From NCBI GenBank assembly GCA_003510435.1, contig DOMK01000016.1:1-52699 (forward strand): DNA of 52,699 bases. The letters are read 5' to 3'. Origin of the DNA: Candidatus Magasanikiibacteriota bacterium (lineage in GTDB: Bacteria > Patescibacteriota > Patescibacteriia > Magasanikbacterales > UBA922). Shown here one piece after another: positions 47,465 through 52,699 of the stretch (position 1 is its first letter; every line of letters begins with the position of its first letter). Both the position numbers and the translations under genes were made by a program. The notes under the pieces are model-generated. The model saw only the letters and a program-made list of their open reading frames with translations, was not told the origin of the DNA and searched no databases.

Positions 47465-48769
47465 TTATCGTGGTAAACCTTTGAAAGCATCCTTAACATT
47501 CATAACATCCAAAATATTATAAACAATCATATAAGCACTAAGAGCAATAATAATACCAACCACGGCTGCCACCAAAGCTTGTTGACCTTTTTTGACTTTT
47601 TCCGCATTACCAAAAGAAGTGAGAATTGTAATGCCACCATAAATAAAAACCGCAAAAGCAAATACCCCAATTACTCCTAGAGACATACTACCAAAAACAC
47701 CAATAAAAAAAGATAGCAATTGATTGATATCATTACACGTACCAGTAAAGGCGCAAGCTGGTAAAGGTCCAACATAGCCTTTTGGCTTACCATAATTGGT
47801 TGTGGCTTGGCTAACAAAGAGAGAAATACACTCTTTCAAAACATCATTATATACACAGGTTTTATTGCTAGTACCACCACCGCCAGTACTAACATTATCT
47901 TCATACGTGCCACACAATGGTTGTCCAACATCACCACAAATACTATTATCATACCGCGATTCACAAGTTTTTATATTCCAAAAACAAAATCTAGGATTTT
48001 TTGATTTGCAATCAGATTGATTGGTATAGGTATTGCGACAATCAGGCGCGATAATTTTTAAAACAAAACTATAATCACTCACTTTTTCTACTGTTTTTCC
48101 ATTTTCAAGAACATCGGCTAAACCATAAAATCGAACTGGAGCCTCCAAAGGATAACCCAATTCACCCAGCCACCTTTTGTATGTTAGGGTGTCCACCTGG
48201 ACTGTCAGTCTGTATTTTTTATCTGCTATTATCTGAGCAGTGTTTATTATTTTTACCCCTTTTTCTGTCATGTCCTTTGACAAATATACCTCTTTTAATT
48301 TTAAAGTATCAGCTGGAGCTTCTACTTCTACAAACACATCAACTTTTTCGCCAATTGTAACTGAGTGTAAACCATTTGGTAATGACCAATTTATTGCATC
48401 TGGCTTATAACTTGGAACTTGTGATAAACAAAGAGAATTTTCAAAACAGGCTACCGGGGTTGAATCCCATGTCACATAAAAACTAGGGCCATCACATCCT
48501 TTTGTTGTACGCGGGCCAATGCCCCCAGCACTACTGTAAATCGTTCTCCCCGTACATAATTCATCGTTTGCTTTATAAACACATTTATTATCAGCAGAAT
48601 ATTTGCATCCTATTATTTCTTTTGTTGTTTCCCAATTATCATCTGTTTTTACCTGTTTTAAAGCTGGACAACATTTATAATCACTCAAGCCAGCACCAAC
48701 TTTATTCACTGGCAAAAACAAAAAAACTAGACAAATTAATATTCCGTATTTTTTTATAAAATTAGACAT
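47465..48769 (-). CDS. Large Cys-rich secreted protein with C-terminal pilin domain
   Basis: Signal peptide, many Cys, C-terminal GGITILTSFGNAEKVKKG. Confidence 0.85.
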   Translation of the reverse strand: MSNFIKKYGILICLVFLFLPVNKVGAGLSDYKCCPALKQVKTDDNWETTKEIIGCKYSADNKCVYKANDELCTGRTIYSSAGGIGPRTTKGCDGPSFYVTWDSTPVACFENSLCLSQVPSYKPDAINWSLPNGLHSVTIGEKVDVFVEVEAPADTLKLKEVYLSKDMTEKGVKIINTAQIIADKKYRLTVQVDTLTYKRWLGELGYPLEAPVRFYGLADVLENGKTVEKVSDYSFVLKIIAPDCRNTYTNQSDCKSKNPRFCFWNIKTCESRYDNSICGDVGQPLCGTYEDNVSTGGGGTSNKTCVYNDVLKECISLFVSQATTNYGKPKGYVGPLPACAFTGTCNDINQLLSFFIGVFGSMSLGVIGVFAFAVFIYGGITILTSFGNAEKVKKGQQALVAAVVGIIIALSAYMIVYNILDVMNVKDAFKGLPR

Positions 48770-48957
48770 ATTTTCTATTTAAATTGTTATATTGACACAT
48801 TGTCACATTGTTATGCTACACATATAGCTAGAATAACAATTTAACAATTATCTTTAAACCATTCAATTCCATTCCGTTAATTCTGTTTATTCTGTTGTAA
48901 AATTTTACAACGGAGATAACGGAAATGAACAGAGAAAAACAGAATATAAAAAAAACC

Positions 48958-50334
48958 CTACAAAGTCTGCTGAATCGTCCTAGCAGCATTTTCTATCAAA
49001 TCCATTCTATATGTGTCCTCTTGTTTTTTGCCAGTATAGGGCGCGCCATATTTTTCTACTAGATCTTTTATAGCTTTTTGCGCTGTGGCATAATCTTTGC
49101 CTCGATACCAATTACCCGCATTCAAAATCTGACTAACAAATGGCGCTAATAATACTTCTTTTTTTTGTTCTTCAATCTGAGCTCTAAACGGAGTGGGTCG
49201 GCCAGTTTTCTTGACATAATCTTTTACTTTATCAGCATTGGTAATAAACTGCACAAAATCCCAAGCTTCATTTTGTTTTTTAGATTTTTTTACCACCGAT
49301 TCTAGCCAATAATTAGCCACATTAATACTGGTTTCTTCATTTAATTGAAACATCGGAATAACTTCCAAATTCATCTGTGGGGCACGGGACTTGATCGTGG
49401 GTAATTCATAGGCAAACCCAAAATAAAAAGCTGTTTTGCCCCGAGCAAATTCATCTAAAGCATCTTTTTGTTTATTATTCCACGAATAAACTTCTTTGTT
49501 TGGTCGGGCAAAATCTACATAAAAATTTAAAGCCTTCACTACAGGTGAATCATTATAATTATTCGCATTGAGTCCGTTCGCAAATGTCACTTGTCCAGAT
49601 TGAGACATCTTGACCCCGCTCTGCACCATAAATAAAGTAAGAATATCAAAAACATTTTCAATATTATTGCCTGTTCCCAGAGCTACACCCGATTGTAACA
49701 AATTACCCTCACTGTCAATCTTACTTATGGCTTTTACGGCTTCCATAAAAGCACCCCAATCTTTTGGTGGCTCGGGAATACCAGCCTTGTCCAACAAGCC
49801 TTTATTATAAAAAACTGCCAAATCATCCATAGCCAAAGGCAAACCATAAATTTTACCACCCACGACGGCATCATCATACACTGTCCCCACATACTCAGAT
49901 TTTACATATCTAGCGGTTGGCATGGTTATTTGTTCTGTTTCCACCACGGTTTCCTCAAAATATTGACCCTTCTTATAAATTCTAGACACATCCACTGTCT
50001 CTGGCATAGGCGCTAATCGAGAAAGATATTTTGGCAATTCGCGCGCTGAAACAGAAATAATATCTGGTGGCACGTCATCTGCCAAAGCATTTAAAAATAA
50101 TTTATCAAATTCATCGGCTCTTACTTTTCTAATATTTATAGTCACATATGGTCGTTTGGTTTTATATTCATTGGCATAATCTTCCAAAATATCCACATTA
50201 TTATATACAGTCCAATAATTCAAAGTCAGAGGTTTGACTGAAGCTATTTCTGCGGTTGATAAACCCTTGCAACCAAAACCCATCGTTGTTATAAACAAAA
50301 ATATAATTGTTAAAATGAATATTCTCTTTGACAT
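48958..50334 (-). CDS. Extracellular solute-binding lipoprotein (sugar SBP family)
   Basis: Lipobox GFGC; IYGLP..D.LAVFYNK.L, PPKDW, EAWDF. Confidence 0.9.
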   Translation of the reverse strand: MSKRIFILTIIFLFITTMGFGCKGLSTAEIASVKPLTLNYWTVYNNVDILEDYANEYKTKRPYVTINIRKVRADEFDKLFLNALADDVPPDIISVSARELPKYLSRLAPMPETVDVSRIYKKGQYFEETVVETEQITMPTARYVKSEYVGTVYDDAVVGGKIYGLPLAMDDLAVFYNKGLLDKAGIPEPPKDWGAFMEAVKAISKIDSEGNLLQSGVALGTGNNIENVFDILTLFMVQSGVKMSQSGQVTFANGLNANNYNDSPVVKALNFYVDFARPNKEVYSWNNKQKDALDEFARGKTAFYFGFAYELPTIKSRAPQMNLEVIPMFQLNEETSINVANYWLESVVKKSKKQNEAWDFVQFITNADKVKDYVKKTGRPTPFRAQIEEQKKEVLLAPFVSQILNAGNWYRGKDYATAQKAIKDLVEKYGAPYTGKKQEDTYRMDLIENAARTIQQTL

Positions 50335-50347
50335 AGATGTGGAGAAA

Positions 50348-50391
50348 TAAGTAATGGAGAAACGAAGTAATTGAGTAATAAAGTAATTGGA
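50348..50391. repeat. Octamer array (xxAGTAAT), inverted partner of 50774-50817
   Basis: GAAGTAAT TGAGTAAT AAAGTAAT. Confidence 0.8.
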
Positions 50392-50772
50392 TTACTCATC
50401 AACAGCCAATTTTTTATCTAAGTTTGAATTGATTGCTCCGTTCAGTCCTCGTTGAATGTTATTATAAATATCTAATATTTTGTTATACCTCTCTTTAGTT
50501 ATAATATTTCTTTCATAGAGTAAATCTAACCAGTGTTTTGATTCATAAAGTGAACCACGAGCATTGTAAAAAAATTTATTTTTATCCAGATAATGATACC
50601 TACCGTGAGCTTCGGCTATATTAGCTCCAACAGAATCCACACTTCTTATATATTGATCACCAATTACTTTTTTCTTTTGCCAATCCAGATGTGAATAAAT
50701 TTCCCATGCCTCTGTACTATATTCTCTACTTAATTGATAAATTTTCAAATTCTCCAACGTAATAAAAACCAT
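50392..50772 (-). CDS. Four-helix-bundle protein (23S rRNA intervening-sequence protein family)
   Basis: L.IYQLS, QYIRSVDSVGANIAEAHGR, FFYNARGSLYE. Confidence 0.92.
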   Translation of the reverse strand: MVFITLENLKIYQLSREYSTEAWEIYSHLDWQKKKVIGDQYIRSVDSVGANIAEAHGRYHYLDKNKFFYNARGSLYESKHWLDLLYERNIITKERYNKILDIYNNIQRGLNGAINSNLDKKLAVDE

Positions 50773-50773
50773 A

Positions 50774-50817
50774 TTACTCAATTACTTTATTACTACGTTA
50801 CTCAATTACTTTATTAT
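50774..50817. repeat. Octamer array (TTACTxxx)
   Basis: TTACTCAA TTACTTTA TTACTACG TTACTCAA TTACTTTA. Confidence 0.85.
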
Positions 50818-51705
50818 TTAAAACGCTTTTAGAACAAAATCAGCCAAAGCATAACTAGATAATATTACCACTACCCCCAAACCAGACCACAACAAAATTT
50901 CAAAAGATTTTTTTTCTTTTTCTGCGCTACCGGCCGCTGTCATCCACAACAAACCACCATATATAAACATAAGTAAAGCAACACTACCAACAAATCCCAT
51001 TGCCAATTTTATTAATCTAGCAAATAAATCATTTACTTCGGTTGAACCTAATTTGTTTAATTCTTTTATTTCATCCACTGGTATTTGAAATTCTGCCCGA
51101 ACAGAATATAAATCAACTTTACATTCATCAGCTGAAGCTACAAAAGTATAGTGAGTACTACCGTTACCACTACTATCTACCAAACCTTCGCAGTCTTTTT
51201 CTGTGATCCCAGCTTCTGCAGTAGTTTTATCCCCAACCCTAACAAAACAACAAGGTACAGCATTACAACTACTTAATGTACAATCTAATACTGAATCTGC
51301 AGTAGAACCTACTTCACTCTCAGGAAACATTGAGGCAACCAATCCTTCGGCATCAAGTGTTGAAACAGAATTCAACATACATCCACAATATTTTTTTCTT
51401 TGCGCCTCTGTTATACAATTATTGGGTGCAAAATAACCAGGAATATTAGGACAAGCATACGAAGAATAGCCAAATTCAGCGTCATTGGTTATTACCTGTT
51501 CTGGGGCTGAACCCATTGAACAATCTTTAAGATCGCTATCAGCTCCCCCAATTATTACAGCGTTACAATCTTCTTCCCCTACTTCTTCAAGAACAATAAT
51601 TTGGTTGGTTTCAGTTGAAAAACACGAACACACATCTTTCGCTTTCACCATCCCTGGTACAAACAAAATTCCTAATAAAAATACTAATAAAAATATCTTT
51701 TTCAT
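50818..51705 (-). CDS. Cys-rich secreted protein with C-terminal pilin domain
   Basis: Signal peptide VKA; CSC/CGC/CC units; GLLWMTAAGSAEKEKKS. Confidence 0.85.
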   Translation of the reverse strand: MKKIFLLVFLLGILFVPGMVKAKDVCSCFSTETNQIIVLEEVGEEDCNAVIIGGADSDLKDCSMGSAPEQVITNDAEFGYSSYACPNIPGYFAPNNCITEAQRKKYCGCMLNSVSTLDAEGLVASMFPESEVGSTADSVLDCTLSSCNAVPCCFVRVGDKTTAEAGITEKDCEGLVDSSGNGSTHYTFVASADECKVDLYSVRAEFQIPVDEIKELNKLGSTEVNDLFARLIKLAMGFVGSVALLMFIYGGLLWMTAAGSAEKEKKSFEILLWSGLGVVVILSSYALADFVLKAF

Positions 51706-52550
51706 AACAAACCTTCTTTTTCTGCAAAATGAATTGCAGTTTTTAATAAAGAAACTTTATTGCCTGTATCAAAATATTGCCCTTCATATTCAAACGCATA
51801 AAATGGTTTGGCTTTGGCCAGAGTATTGGCCGCATCCGCCACCCAAATTTCTCCACCTCGTCCCATCTTTTGTTTTTCCAAACAGGCCCAGATATCTTTG
51901 GTAAAAATATAACGCATACCACCGACTATCAAACCCTCTGGAGACACATTTTTGATATCAGGTTTCTCAACAAACTTTTCTACTCTATACATTTTTTCCT
52001 TATTCCTTACTCCTTTTTCCTTAGCATAAACATTCCCATATTTCATCATCGCCTGTTTATCTTCTATTCTCTGGACTCCAATCACACTAGACTTTACTTT
52101 ATTAAAAACTTGGACCAATTGCTTTACGACTGGGACTTTGGCGTCAATAATAGAATCACCATCAGAAAATGCAAATGGTTCATCACCTAGAAATTCTTTG
52201 GCACAAAGCAAAGCATGACCATTGCCTAGGGGCTCGGATTGACGCGTATAAAAAAACTTAACTTTTTTAGAAAGATTTATTAATTCTTGGATGTGATGAA
52301 GTTTATCATTCTTGGCCAGTTTATCTTCTAGTTCATAGTCCCGATCAAAATGATCTTCTATGGCTCGCTTCTGAGAACTGGTGACGAAAATAATTTCGGT
52401 AATGCCACTATTGGCCATTTCCTCTACGATATATTGCACCACTGGCTTATCTAGCACTGGCAACATTTCTTTTGGCATGGCTTTTGTTGCGGGTAAAAGC
52501 CGGGTGCCGGCGCCCGCCACCGCCACAATGGCTTTTTTGATCTTTTTCAT
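51702..52550 (-). CDS. galU: UTP-glucose-1-phosphate uridylyltransferase
   Basis: AGAGTRLLPATKAMPKEMLP, AIEDHFD, Q.EPLG.GHA, VEKP. Confidence 0.93.
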   Translation of the reverse strand: MKKIKKAIVAVAGAGTRLLPATKAMPKEMLPVLDKPVVQYIVEEMANSGITEIIFVTSSQKRAIEDHFDRDYELEDKLAKNDKLHHIQELINLSKKVKFFYTRQSEPLGNGHALLCAKEFLGDEPFAFSDGDSIIDAKVPVVKQLVQVFNKVKSSVIGVQRIEDKQAMMKYGNVYAKEKGVRNKEKMYRVEKFVEKPDIKNVSPEGLIVGGMRYIFTKDIWACLEKQKMGRGGEIWVADAANTLAKAKPFYAFEYEGQYFDTGNKVSLLKTAIHFAEKEGLL

Positions 52551-52671
52551 ATTATTCCTACAAATTACGAATTACCGCTAATTACGAATAAATCGTCCCC
52601 AACCCTCCCTAAAAATGAATTCATTCCCCCTCCTTTAGGAGGGGTTAGGGGAGATTTAAAAACTAAAAAAT

Positions 52672-52699
52672 TGCGGGGTCGTCTAATGGTAGGACTCCA
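52672..52699 (+). tRNA. tRNA 5' fragment at window end, probably tRNA-Gln
   Basis: TGCGGGG-TC-GTCTAATGGTAGGAC acceptor and D arm with U1 typical of Gln; anticodon outside window. Confidence 0.7.

Noticed and set aside
50392-50772. Diversity-generating retroelement (Avd) acting on pilins
   Set aside because: No reverse transcriptase and no TR/VR pair with adenine-specific differences seen; pilin pair differences are not A-restricted

Overview
AT-rich bacterial chromosomal segment that looks like Patescibacteria/CPR (inferred from the gene content, mostly Shine-Dalgarno-less starts and the large VirB2-like pilin array); genetic code 11. It starts in the 5' end of a 23S rRNA gene that has no 16S gene upstream. 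Housekeeping and envelope content: tRNA-Leu/Arg/His and a partial probable tRNA-Gln, recQ, rlmH, rpsO-NYN-pnp, rpiB-rpe-trxB-pfkB, trmH, a Xer-like recombinase, galU, a CsoR-controlled copper cluster and an ECF-sigma/MacAB-like cluster. Accessory highlights: (i) two GC-rich orphan genes framed by elaborate RNA-like structures; (ii) two integron-type cassettes with homologous attC-like sites but no integrase, next to a HicBA module bounded by a duplicated tRNA-Leu 3' end; (iii) 15 co-oriented pilin-like genes, many with Cys-rich extensions; (iv) a four-helix-bundle gene enclosed by inverted octamer arrays, with related 7-10-mer arrays across the window, including in frame inside four housekeeping enzymes; (v) a RAYT/Y1 transposase and many REP-like palindromes nested in each other, in a tRNA pseudogene and in coding sequence. 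All calls are by eye from sequence and motifs; no database searches or folding programs were run.
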